Source: an uncultured Clostridia bacterium | GTDB lineage: Bacteria > Bacillota > Clostridia > Christensenellales > CAG-314 | Direction of reading: 5' to 3' | Assembly: GCA_947625185.1 (NCBI GenBank) | Contig: CANQNJ010000002.1 | Span: forward strand, 3,267 to 67,266 | Length of the DNA stretch: 64,000 nucleotides | Part shown: piece by piece, positions 1 through 8,439 of the stretch | How the letters are laid out: every line of letters starts with the position of its first letter | Position numbering within the stretch: position 1 is the stretch's first letter | The notes under the pieces: model-generated | The model's input: only the letters and a program-made list of their open reading frames with translations | What the model was told of the DNA's origin: nothing | Database searches by the model: none | Translations under genes and position numbers: made by a program

Positions 1-614
1 TTATACAGTTTCTCGGCGGTAAAGACATAGATACCCATAGACGCCAGATTGCTCTTGGGGACTTTGGGCTTTTCCTCGAATTGATATATCGATCCGTCCG
101 GATTGACGTTAAGTATACCGAAGCGCGACGCCTCTTCAATCGGAACCTCTATCGCCGCAATAGTACAATCTGCGCCCGTTTCGATATGGGCGCGCAACAT
201 TTTGGCATAGTCCATCTTGTAGATATGGTCTCCCGAAAGTATCAACACATACTCGGGATTGTACTTCTTCATAAAACTCATATTCTGATAAATGGCATTT
301 GCCGTACCTTGATACCAGGAAGATTTTTTCTTGGCTTGGTACGGAGAAAGAATATGTACTCCTCCGAAGTTTCTGTCCATATCCCACGGCTGTCCGTTGC
401 CGATGTATTCGTTTAACTCCAACGGCTCATATTGAGTCAAGACGCCGACCGTGTCTATACCGGAATTGATACAATTGCTAAGCGGAAAATCTATAATGCG
501 GTATTTGGCGCCGAATGCCACTGCCGGCTTGGCAATATTGTTGGTCAAAGCATACAGTCTGCTGCCCTGACCGCCTGCAAGAAGCATTGCAACGCATTCT
601 TTTTTTCTCAGCAT
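1..614 (-). CDS. glgC: glucose-1-phosphate adenylyltransferase (partial; C-terminus lies beyond the window edge)
   Basis: Not in the ORF track because it is open at the window edge. My translation of the minus strand from ATG 612-614 gives [47 protein letters not shown]...[10 protein letters not shown]. It has the GGxGxRL motif and the ADP-glucose pyrophosphorylase pattern. GGAGG RBS at about 619-623. Confidence 0.85.
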   Translation of the reverse strand, partial: MLRKKECVAMLLAGGQGSRLYALTNNIAKPAVAFGAKYRIIDFPLSNCINSGIDTVGVLTQYEPLELNEYIGNGQPWDMDRNFGGVHILSPYQAKKKSSWYQGTANAIYQNMSFMKKYNPEYVLILSGDHIYKMDYAKMLRAHIETGADCTIAAIEVPIEEASRFGILNVNPDGSIYQFEEKPKVPKSNLASMGIYVFTAEKLY

Positions 615-796
615 ATTTCCTCCTGCCTCGGAATTTGCATTATTATTGCAAACTATTCTTTTTAATTGAATTATACCACACTCAAATTTACTTTTCTATA
701 CTTATTGAAAAATTTTATAGACAAAATATCAATAAAATATTTTATTATTTATCGCATTATTTATTATATATCTTGATTTTACGTCCCGACAAGATA

Positions 797-824
797 TAAA
801 AAAACTCCCGACATATATCGGGAG
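797..824 (-). terminator. rho-independent terminator after scpB
   Basis: Hairpin CTCCCGAcatataTCGGGAG (805-824), followed on the minus strand by a T-run (A-run 798-804 on plus). Confidence 0.6.
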
Positions 825-853
825 AATAGTATTTTGAAAAATCGAAATGCAAT

Positions 854-1477
854 TTAATCCACTTTGTTTACATCTTCTCCGACAAGAAAATCGGGAACTT
901 CTTCAACCTGATCGAACATCGGTTTTTCCACCACTTTAACATTGGCTTCGGAGCCTATCTGTTGCAGCTTGTCCAACAGCGTCTCGTAGTCGGGCAGATC
1001 CTTTATATCGCTTATAGAGAAACGTTTGAGAAATTCGTCAGTTGTAGCGAAAAGCAACGGTTTTCCGATGGTTTCTTTACGTCCGACGCATTCCACAAGC
1101 CCCAATCGAACAAGATTTTGAACCGAATACGTGCAATCGACGCTGCGGATCTCCTCTATCTCGATACGCGTCACGGGTTGCTTGTAGGCAATTATCGCCA
1201 ACGTTTCCAGCATCGCGTTGGTAAGCTCTTTTTCCTTAATGGGATTAAGCACCGCTTCCACCTCTTTGGCATAAGCGGGATTGGTGGCGAATTGCAGTTT
1301 CTTGTTGAATCTCAACAGGTGAATACCGCTGTCGCCGCTGTATTTGGCAAGCAATTCCGATACCGCCTCGGTAAATTGTTTGTCCTCGGCAGCGAGTTTT
1401 TCTTTAATAAATTTTTCTTCCACAGCCTTGCCCGAAACAAACAGCACGGCTTCTATCTGATTACTCAAAAGACTCAT
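854..1477 (-). CDS. scpB: segregation and condensation protein B
   Basis: ORF 854..1504. Sequence SLLSNQIEAVLFVSGKAV...IIAYKQPVTRIEIEEIRSVDC is typical of ScpB, and it sits directly downstream of scpA. Start moved to the ATG at 1477, 6 nt after a GGAG. Confidence 0.85.
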   Translation of the reverse strand: MSLLSNQIEAVLFVSGKAVEEKFIKEKLAAEDKQFTEAVSELLAKYSGDSGIHLLRFNKKLQFATNPAYAKEVEAVLNPIKEKELTNAMLETLAIIAYKQPVTRIEIEEIRSVDCTYSVQNLVRLGLVECVGRKETIGKPLLFATTDEFLKRFSISDIKDLPDYETLLDKLQQIGSEANVKVVEKPMFDQVEEVPDFLVGEDVNKVD

Positions 1478-2273
1478 ATTCATCTCCGATGACAGCCTCA
1501 ACACCGTCGCTGTCTGGACGTTTTTCTATAACGATCTCCTCGAAGAGACCGCTTTGCGTAACTCGGACTATCTGCAATTTGAGCAGTTCCAATACAGCAA
1601 GAAAAGTAGTCACTATCTCGTTCTTGCTTGCGTTCTCGTCAAACAATTGACTCATCGTAAACCGATCTTCCGTCAACAGTATTTCTCGTATGTAGGCGAT
1701 CTTTTGCGGAACGGAAAAACTTTCTTTTACTATCGCGCGAGAGACATTTTCCGCCGCGTTCTTGACCTGCAAACGCATAAGAAACTTTCCGAACGCCTCG
1801 ATAAAACCCTGAACGCTGAGATTTTCCTTTACGACGGTCACCTCTTTGCCGACGTTTTTGTCGGGATCGCGGTAAAATCTGTCTACGTTTTCCTGCTCTT
1901 TAAGTTCTCCGACTATCTCCTTGAACAGTTTGTACTCTTCCAATTGACGGATAAGCATCTTTTCGGGAGAATCGTCCCCGTTGTCCGTTTCGATGAGAAT
2001 GGGCAACAAAGCTCGGGACTTTATTTCCAGCAGTGTTGCAGCCATCGCCATATACTCGCTTGCCCGATCCACGTCCAGATCGGAGATTTGATCCATATAT
2101 TGCAAAAACTGTTCGGTCACTTGCGAAACAAAGATATCTTTGATTTCGATTTTGTTCTCCTTGACAAGCGCCAACAACAGATCCAACGGACCGTTGAAAT
2201 TGGTCAACTTCAATTCGAGGACAGACTTTTGATCGTCAAAGATATATTGTTGTTGAAGATTCTCCTCAGCCAT
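1461..2273 (-). CDS. scpA: segregation and condensation protein A
   Basis: 270-aa ORF. FNGPLDLLLALVKENKIEIKDIFVSQVTEQFLQY is the kleisin ScpA N-terminal signature. Overlaps scpB. Confidence 0.85.
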   Translation of the reverse strand: MAEENLQQQYIFDDQKSVLELKLTNFNGPLDLLLALVKENKIEIKDIFVSQVTEQFLQYMDQISDLDVDRASEYMAMAATLLEIKSRALLPILIETDNGDDSPEKMLIRQLEEYKLFKEIVGELKEQENVDRFYRDPDKNVGKEVTVVKENLSVQGFIEAFGKFLMRLQVKNAAENVSRAIVKESFSVPQKIAYIREILLTEDRFTMSQLFDENASKNEIVTTFLAVLELLKLQIVRVTQSGLFEEIVIEKRPDSDGVEAVIGDEYESFE

Positions 2274-2994
2274 TGAAAATCAACCTCCAAAAACTTTGAA
2301 ATCCGCTTCCGATTCTGCCGCCGACCCAACCGATATACAAATTGAGCGGAGAGTAATTGCCAACAATCGGAATATAGTCCAGAATGATAAATCCCAACAA
2401 AATGTACAGACTGTATTTGCGCATAAACGTCATAAAGCCGTTGCGCTCGTTTACGAAACAACTCAACAGACGGTAGCCGTCCAACGGATACAACGGCAAT
2501 ATGTTGAACAATGCAAAGTTGATATTCAGCTGCATCGCCAATATGCACAAGATCAAACAGAAATACACGAAATAGTACAACGCCGTATCCTGTTCTACGG
2601 GGATCTTTCCGAACAGCACCACTCCCATAGAAAACAAAAATGCCAACAGCAGATTGGTAATTACGCCGGCGATCGATACCGTTATCGCACCAGTTTTGCG
2701 ATTTTTGAAATTGTTCGGGTTGATCGGAACGGGTTTCGCCCAGCCGAAACCGACGAGCAACATCATCAATAAGCCCACTATATCGAAGTGTTTGATAGGA
2801 TTGAGAGACAAACGGCCGTATTGCTTTGCCGTTCTGTCGCCGTTCCACAAAGCAACAAGCCCGTGAGCGATTTCGTGCAATATCAAAGCCGCCAACAGGG
2901 CGACTACGAATGCCGCGGCATTAAGCAAACCCTCTCTGCAAAAGCCTGTTTCTCCCGTGACGTAATTGGTTCTGAGCAGATCCAAAATATACAT
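2266..2994 (-). CDS. site-2 protease family (M50) membrane metalloprotease
   Basis: HEIAHG (HExxH) lies in a TM segment of a polytopic membrane profile. The ORF extends to 3060, but that stretch overlaps the upstream terminator T-run. ATG at 2994 (MYILDLL) is preferred; the start is uncertain. Confidence 0.7.
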   Translation of the reverse strand: MYILDLLRTNYVTGETGFCREGLLNAAAFVVALLAALILHEIAHGLVALWNGDRTAKQYGRLSLNPIKHFDIVGLLMMLLVGFGWAKPVPINPNNFKNRKTGAITVSIAGVITNLLLAFLFSMGVVLFGKIPVEQDTALYYFVYFCLILCILAMQLNINFALFNILPLYPLDGYRLLSCFVNERNGFMTFMRKYSLYILLGFIILDYIPIVGNYSPLNLYIGWVGGRIGSGFQSFWRLIFNG

Positions 2995-3001
2995 ATTAAT
3001 T

Positions 3002-3030
3002 ATTTTAACAAATAACTCAAATAAAGTCAA
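3002..3030 (-). promoter_or_regulatory. candidate sigma-A promoter TTGACT-17-TAAAAT; the ATG at 2994 lies 7 nt after the -10 box (possibly leaderless)
   Basis: The reverse complement reads TTGACTttatttgagttatttgtTAAAATaattaatATG. Confidence 0.35.
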
Positions 3031-3049
3031 TCTAAATAACGTGCGATGA

Positions 3050-3092
3050 GCCGAAAACAAACCCCCGCGAGACCGTCGTTGTTTCGCAGGGG
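3050..3092 (-). terminator. rho-independent terminator after the carboxypeptidase gene
   Basis: On the minus strand: CCCCTGCGAaacaacgacggtcTCGCGGGG followed by TTTGTTTTC. Confidence 0.55.
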
Positions 3093-3142
3093 TTGCAATC
3101 GGATTTGACTATCCGCCTTCGATTTACAATGATCGGATAAAT

Positions 3143-4285
3143 CTACCTCTCGCGCACAATATCCTTAACGTAATCCCAAAATGTTTTCGCCTCAACGTCG
3201 ACGTTTGCGACGAGATTTACTTGCTCTACTACGTTACCGTTTGTATCCGTCAATTGCGCCGTTCCGATAACTTCGCCCGCAACCACGGGCGCCTTGATCG
3301 TTTCGGGAAGATCGTAATTCACGCTGTAATCGACGTTGCCTTTTTTGCCAAATGCAGCAAGTTTGCCTTCGGGACGAACGTCAACGCTGTCGGCTTTGCC
3401 GCCCTGCACGGATACGCTTTGCATGCGGGTGTTTCCGTCAATATACACTTTGTTTTCGTAGTTGGCAAAAGCGTAATTGAACATATCGCTCACCTCTTTG
3501 AATCGGGTTTTGCTGTCCGACGCGCCTACCACTACCGCTATGACGCGGGTATCTCCGCGCTTGGCTGTTGCCGCAAGACAGTGCTGCGCTTCGCTGGTAT
3601 ATCCCGTTTTGCCGCCGTCGCAACCGTCATAAAAGCGGATAAGTTTGTTGGTATTCGTCATACCCGTCACGCGCCCAGACGGATGAACGAAATCTTCCAT
3701 CCATACGCGCGAACAAGTAAAGTAATGCGGATGCTTTATCAGTTCCGACAGCATTATGCCGACGTCTTTTGCGCAGGAATACTGACTGACTGCGGGCAAT
3801 CCCGTGCAATTTTCAAAGTGCGTCGCGACAAGCCCGAGTTGCTTTGCCTTGTCATTCATTTTCCCCACAAATGTTTCGACGCTGCCGCCGATATGTTCCG
3901 CAACGGCTACGCAACTGTCGTTAGCCGAACAAACGACGATGGATTTGATAAGATTATCCAACTTATAAGTAGCGTTAGCGTCCAAAAAGACTTGTGAACC
4001 GCCCATTGACGCGGCACGCTGACTTGCCACAACATTGTCATCGAGAGAGACTTTGCCTTCGTCTATCGCGTCGTAAACGCAAAGCAAAGTCATAATTTTC
4101 GTCATACTTGCAATGGGACGTTTTTCCGTGGAATTTTGCTCGAACAATACTTTGCCGTCCTCCGACATAAGCACCGCTTCTTTGGAGGATATGCCGAGAG
4201 CGACGGTATCCGCGCAAGCGGTAATCGGCACAATCGCCGCGACGATAAGCGCCATCGCAAACACAAATAAAAACAACTTTTTCAT
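3143..4285 (-). CDS. serine-type D-alanyl-D-alanine carboxypeptidase (S11, PBP5/DacB/DacF-like)
   Basis: Signal peptide plus the SMTK (SxxK), SAND (SxN) and KTGYT (KTG) motifs in the canonical order. GGAG RBS. Confidence 0.85.
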   Translation of the reverse strand: MKKLFLFVFAMALIVAAIVPITACADTVALGISSKEAVLMSEDGKVLFEQNSTEKRPIASMTKIMTLLCVYDAIDEGKVSLDDNVVASQRAASMGGSQVFLDANATYKLDNLIKSIVVCSANDSCVAVAEHIGGSVETFVGKMNDKAKQLGLVATHFENCTGLPAVSQYSCAKDVGIMLSELIKHPHYFTCSRVWMEDFVHPSGRVTGMTNTNKLIRFYDGCDGGKTGYTSEAQHCLAATAKRGDTRVIAVVVGASDSKTRFKEVSDMFNYAFANYENKVYIDGNTRMQSVSVQGGKADSVDVRPEGKLAAFGKKGNVDYSVNYDLPETIKAPVVAGEVIGTAQLTDTNGNVVEQVNLVANVDVEAKTFWDYVKDIVRER

Positions 4286-4914
4286 ACTTTGCTCCTATTG
4301 TTATTTGCCGTTAGTATCTGCAAAAGGCGCACGGATATACATCCGTACAAATGTAGCAATCGAATACCATTTATGCCGCCAATAAATTATAGAATGGCTG
4401 TCTGAGTAAACTTTTTATGCAAAAAGATCTCAAAAACTACCCGAAAAGCCCCGCTTTCACATCGTTTTATTATAAAAAATTCTTAGATAATCCACGGCTT
4501 GGCGATGATTGAGAAAAGCCTCGATGGCAAAACGCCTTCGGAGTAAAAACGAAATAAGCGACCGAAAATTTGCGAACCGATAGTCCAAAGGCGGTCAACC
4601 ATCTGCAAGGGACAAATAATATAGCGTGCACAAAACGGAATCGCAAGTATCACCTTGTACGCGTACCAAAATACCGAATGAAAGTATTTTATGACAAAAA
4701 TTTTGGCGCGGAGTGTATTTCGTACGATAGAAAAGAATACTCAAAGCAATCAAATTGTAAATAAACAATCAACAGAAAGAAGAACAAAGAGACAAATCAA
4801 ATGCGTATAGATGACTTGATTGCTTCGTTCGCGGTCAGCACCACGTAACGATCGCGTAATCGTCGGCTCGCCACAAACGCGGGTAAACACAGGGAACCAA
4901 TCGCCCCAAAAAAG

Positions 4915-4952
4915 GATATCCATCGGCAATACCGGTGGATATCTGTTGCAAA
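4915..4952 (-). terminator. rho-independent terminator after hup
   Basis: Hairpin GGATATCCAtcggcaataccgGTGGATATC (4923-4952), with a T-run on the minus strand (A-run 4917-4922). Confidence 0.6.
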
Positions 4953-4957
4953 GATTT

Positions 4958-5233
4958 TTATCCGTTGATCCTGTCTGCAAAACTTTGCGACGGTTTGAAT
5001 ACGATTGTCTTTTTGGCGGGAATAGTAATTTGCTTTTTTGTTTGAGGATTTATCCCCTTGCGCGCGGGACGCTTTTTGATACGAAACGTGCCGACGCCCG
5101 TCAGGCAAACTTCCTCTCCTTTCATAAGCTGTTCCTCTATGCTTTTCCAAAATGCATCGTAAAAACTCGTCGTTTTCTTAGATGTCTCGCCCGTCTTGTC
5201 CGTTACATATTCGATAAATTCGTTTTTCTTCAT
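4958..5233 (-). CDS. hup: HU family DNA-binding protein
   Basis: MKKNEFIEYVTDKTGETSKKTTSFYDAFWKSIEEQLMKGEEVCLTGVGTFRIKKRPARKGINPQTKKQITIPAKKTIVFKPSQ matches the HU/IHF fold signature. Start set at the internal ATG preceded by GGGAG. Confidence 0.9.
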   Translation of the reverse strand: MKKNEFIEYVTDKTGETSKKTTSFYDAFWKSIEEQLMKGEEVCLTGVGTFRIKKRPARKGINPQTKKQITIPAKKTIVFKPSQSFADRING

Positions 5234-5583
5234 ATTTGCTCCCTTTACCAATGCTTTTATGGAGATTTTCACCAATCGGGACAAAATTATACTCTATCAA
5301 TTCAATATACAGCTGTTTTTATTTAATTATGTCTGTAATAGTAGTATGTATTTCGGCAAAAACACAAATTCTCAAATAAAAAAAATAAAGTATATTGCTC
5401 AAAAAGGCGAGAAAAACTCCACCGTTTCCTACCCAAAAAAGCGAGTACGCCATACTTTTGCTTTCATTGATATTAACAGCATATTCTGAAAGGCAATTCT
5501 TTTTTGCCTCGAATTACAACGTACAATCCGTTTTCATAGCCGTACTTACCGCAGCCGCCGCAACTTGTAAATTTTACACTAAA

Positions 5584-5613
5584 TAAAAACGCTTCGACCA
5601 ATCAGTCGAAGCG
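5584..5613 (-). terminator. rho-independent terminator after deoB
   Basis: Hairpin CGCTTCGACcaatcaGTCGAAGCG with an A-run on plus, which is a T-run on minus. Confidence 0.6.
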
Positions 5614-5632
5614 CAATTAATTTTCAAAATTG

Positions 5633-6781
5633 TTATCTCGTTACTTTTTCCCAAACGGATTTCGGACCGCCGCCTATACCGAGTTGATCTTTTATTGTGT
5701 CGCAAATGACATCGAAACCTTTCATAGTACCGAGATTTGTCGGCACGACATCGCAGCCGTATATCAACAGCGGCGTGTATTCGCGCGTATGATCCGTGTG
5801 CGCCTTGTGTGTGGGGTCGCAGCCGTGATCGCCCGTTATATACAGCACGTCGTCGTGATGCATAATCTTGATAAGCTCGGCAACCTTGCCGTCAATCTCC
5901 TCCAACGCCTCGGCATATCCAAACACGTCGCGTCTGTGACCGTATTTCATATCCGTATCCACAAGATTGACAAACACCAATCCGTCGAAACGTTCTTTTG
6001 CGATCTCTATCGTTTTGTTAAGTCCGTCCAGATTGCTGAGAGTGTGTATGCTGCGCGTAATGCCCTGTCCGTTGAATATATACTCAATCTTGCCCACCGC
6101 TACGCTTTGCATACCTGCGTCCTTTACAAAGTCCAACAGCGTCTTGGACGGAGGACTGATAGAGAAGTCCTTTCTGTCCGAAGTACGCGTATACGGATAT
6201 TCTCCCGTAAAGGGACGTGCGATTACTCTGCCGACGGCATATTTGCCCGTGCAAAGTTTACGTGCCTTTTCGCACATATCATACAGCTCTGCAACAGAAT
6301 ATTTATCTGTATGAACAGCTATCTGCAAGACGCTGTCTGCGGACGTATACACAATGGGATACCCCGTCTTAATGTGTTCCTCGCCGAAATCCTTGATAAC
6401 TTCTGTGCCGCTGTACGGTTTGTTGCAAAGTACCTTCGTGCCCAATTCTTTTTCCAACCTGGCGATGAAGCTCTGCGGAAAACCGTTGGGAAACGTCGGC
6501 ATCGGTTCGTTGGTAATGACTCCCGCCATTTCCCAATGACCGACCGTCGTGTCCTTGCCCTTGCTCAGCTCTTCCAAGCGTCCGTATGCGCCGATAGGCA
6601 TTCTATCGTCGTTGTAAGTTCCGTCTATGTTATACAACCCCATATCGGATAACACGGGCAACTGCAAGTCGTAAGCCGCGCGGATGTTTTTCAGCGTATT
6701 TGCGCCAAAGTCGTTAAACAATTTACAATCTGGCATAGCCCCTATCCCGAAACCATCGATAACCAGAATAAATGCTCTCAT
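5633..6781 (-). CDS. deoB: phosphopentomutase
   Basis: 382 aa. MRAFILVIDGFGIGAMPD...HWEM...GDHGCDPT match the metal-binding motifs of phosphopentomutase. Confidence 0.9.
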   Translation of the reverse strand: MRAFILVIDGFGIGAMPDCKLFNDFGANTLKNIRAAYDLQLPVLSDMGLYNIDGTYNDDRMPIGAYGRLEELSKGKDTTVGHWEMAGVITNEPMPTFPNGFPQSFIARLEKELGTKVLCNKPYSGTEVIKDFGEEHIKTGYPIVYTSADSVLQIAVHTDKYSVAELYDMCEKARKLCTGKYAVGRVIARPFTGEYPYTRTSDRKDFSISPPSKTLLDFVKDAGMQSVAVGKIEYIFNGQGITRSIHTLSNLDGLNKTIEIAKERFDGLVFVNLVDTDMKYGHRRDVFGYAEALEEIDGKVAELIKIMHHDDVLYITGDHGCDPTHKAHTDHTREYTPLLIYGCDVVPTNLGTMKGFDVICDTIKDQLGIGGGPKSVWEKVTR

Positions 6782-6831
6782 ATTTTTCTCCTTATGTAAA
6801 TAAGTATACCAAATTTTTTGCGTTTAATCAA

Positions 6832-7407
6832 TCAAATCACGGCAGTAATTACGCGCAATATTACAAAAAAGCACACAAACTTGACCGTAAAAGCCGCCGC
6901 CAAAACCTTCAATGCAAGTTTTGTGTCGCAGACCGCTTCTCTTAATGTTCTGTTGCAGGAATTCTCGCAGCATACCAGGATACAAGCAACGCAGTATCCG
7001 ACAATTTCCGCTGCGGAGACAAGTATCGCAAACAATATCCCCCACACCGACCAACAAATTATCGCCGTTGCTGCGTTGGCTCCGCAATAAAAACAAGCAA
7101 CAAACAGCGCCGCGCAGCACAAATATTTTGTCTGCGGCACAAGACAACAGCACAGCAAAAAAAGATAGAATATTCCCGTCCACAACAAGAAGGAAAAAGC
7201 CAAGCCAAATCCCCCTTCGAAGAGCCTTGCGGAGTATTCGTATCTGTTGCCATACCACCAACTGTATTGAAATATATTTACAAAAACTATTCCCACTATC
7301 ACGCCCATTACAGCAAATGCCAGGCAGATGACGGATCGCCACTTGTGATTGCAGATGTTTTGCCAAATTTCTTCGAGCGTAAGTTTTATACCGCGAAATA
7401 ACTTCAT
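6832..7407 (-). CDS. polytopic, unusually Cys-rich membrane protein (possibly SpoIIM-like)
   Basis: 191-aa ORF with 4-5 hydrophobic segments and many Cys within TM stretches (CCCL, CCAALFVACFYCG, CVACILVCCENSC). The SpoIIM idea rests only on size, topology and proximity to deoB as in Bacillus. No clear RBS. Confidence 0.45.
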   Translation of the reverse strand: MKLFRGIKLTLEEIWQNICNHKWRSVICLAFAVMGVIVGIVFVNIFQYSWWYGNRYEYSARLFEGGFGLAFSFLLWTGIFYLFLLCCCLVPQTKYLCCAALFVACFYCGANAATAIICWSVWGILFAILVSAAEIVGYCVACILVCCENSCNRTLREAVCDTKLALKVLAAAFTVKFVCFFVILRVITAVI

Positions 7408-8084
7408 ACCATTTGTTATGACGTTAGCGGCGTTTTTATTACTTATTTCGACAATTTATCGCAGCCCGCAGCCTTTGCACTGCCACGAAGGGGAGAAAAA
7501 GTGTCAGACAGCCCTTTGCACAGTGTAAAATCTATTTATCTATTTGTTAAACCGCAAAAAATTACTGTAAAATCCAAAATTTCACATACTATTACACGCA
7601 TAGTAATATATAAAGCGGCAAAAATTTGTCATTGCTTTGGCAGCAAATGCTCGCGGATCGCTTGAAGAATCGAGATTTTTTTTGAATAGTCGCTGCAAAA
7701 CAAGCCGCCTTTTGACCATCATTTTACGAAATATTTACTAAACTATGGTTTACGACTTACACGTAACCGAGCGAAACTACGCGTTTTCTTTACAGCCGAC
7801 TTCTCACCGATTAAGCACACGACCGGGCACACTACCGCTGCGAGATTCCAACAGAAAACGCGCAATACTTTCGTCGATATTATCACGCAACGTAAGCCAA
7901 ACTCAATTCGCAAAATCGATATTTGCTACTTGCCGTAATACACTTCATCTGCGCTCTATCCGACTGTTTTTTCTGCATATTTACCCGAAAATGCACTCCC
8001 AAACAAAAAGTCCTATAAGAATGTTTGGGTGCGAAGTAAATGAAATACAGAAGCCTACTCCCATATCAAATCGGAATTTGAGCA

Positions 8085-8410
8085 AGCGGAGATGCGCGTG
8101 TCGCGCATAGTAGCGAACAAAGCGAAAATTCCGTTGCAAGCGGCGACCTGCGCGGCGCTTGCAGCCCTTGCGGGGGATGGCGGGGCATGCGACTCCCCGC
8201 CGAAAGTATAAATAATGCAAGCCGAGGTGTCCTCGGCTTCCTTGGTAGTCCGACCAAGTCTGCGCTTGCGCCCCGTTAGGGGTCGGTTGCGCAGTCAACC
8301 GTACAGACTTGCGTTTGGTCGGTGACTCTGATGACAAACAAAGGGACGAAGATTGCTCTCCGTCCCAATGTTTTGGCATAGCCGTTAATGCGCGTACAGC
8401 TATGCGAAAA
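8085..8410. ncRNA. unclassified GC-rich multi-hairpin element (candidate structured RNA; strand unresolved)
   Basis: A series of Watson-Crick stems: ATGCGCG/CGCGCAT, GCAAGCG/CGCTTGC, GGCGGGG/CCCCGCC, AAGCCGAGG/CCTCGGCTT, CCGACCAA..CTGCGC..CCCC-gtta-GGGG..GCGCAG..TTGGTCGG, GGGACG/CGTCCC and GCATAGC/GCTATGC. No plausible ORF. Confidence 0.3.
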
Positions 8411-8439
8411 ACCTATTCAGTCTACAATACTACATTCAA

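Noticed and set aside
4286-4957. A 670-bp ORF-poor spacer between hup and the carboxypeptidase gene, including ORF 4570..4764, considered as a riboswitch or sRNA.
   Set aside because: Apart from the hup terminator I could not draw a convincing conserved-looking structure or recognise any motif. It is left unannotated.
5630-6652. Long plus-strand ORF (340 aa) antisense to deoB. Similar long antisense ORFs occur at 29496..30479 (dxs), 47685..49343 (infB), 50765..51874 (nusA), 54231..55265 (ispG), 60906..61931 (tsf), 42852..43763, 33477..34598 and 1554..2276.
   Set aside because: All lie entirely within well-supported minus-strand genes with clear family motifs. Their translations are Arg/Leu/Val-rich, without motifs or RBS. 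They are typical shadow ORFs.
7745-8379. ORFs 7745..8110 (+, 121 aa) and 7981..8379 (-, 132 aa) in the 1-kb gap.
   Set aside because: The translations are low-complexity and Arg/Ser/Cys-rich, with no RBS and no motif. They overlap the hairpin-rich element.
8325-8410. CTGATGA at about 8325, followed later by GAAAAAC, suggested a hammerhead ribozyme core.
   Set aside because: The sequence between them forms two tandem hairpins rather than a single stem II closed directly by the conserved cores. No stem I/III or cleavage-site arrangement could be drawn.
8085-8410. The structured element considered as RNase P RNA, tmRNA, SRP RNA, 6S RNA, a cobalamin/FMN/TPP/SAM riboswitch or group II intron domain V.
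   Set aside because: Signature sequences are absent on both strands: GAGGAAAGTCC, tmRNA tag ORF plus T-arm, the SRP GGAA/AGCA domain IV loop, B12 box GCCACTG and others. No appropriate downstream gene lies within riboswitch distance.
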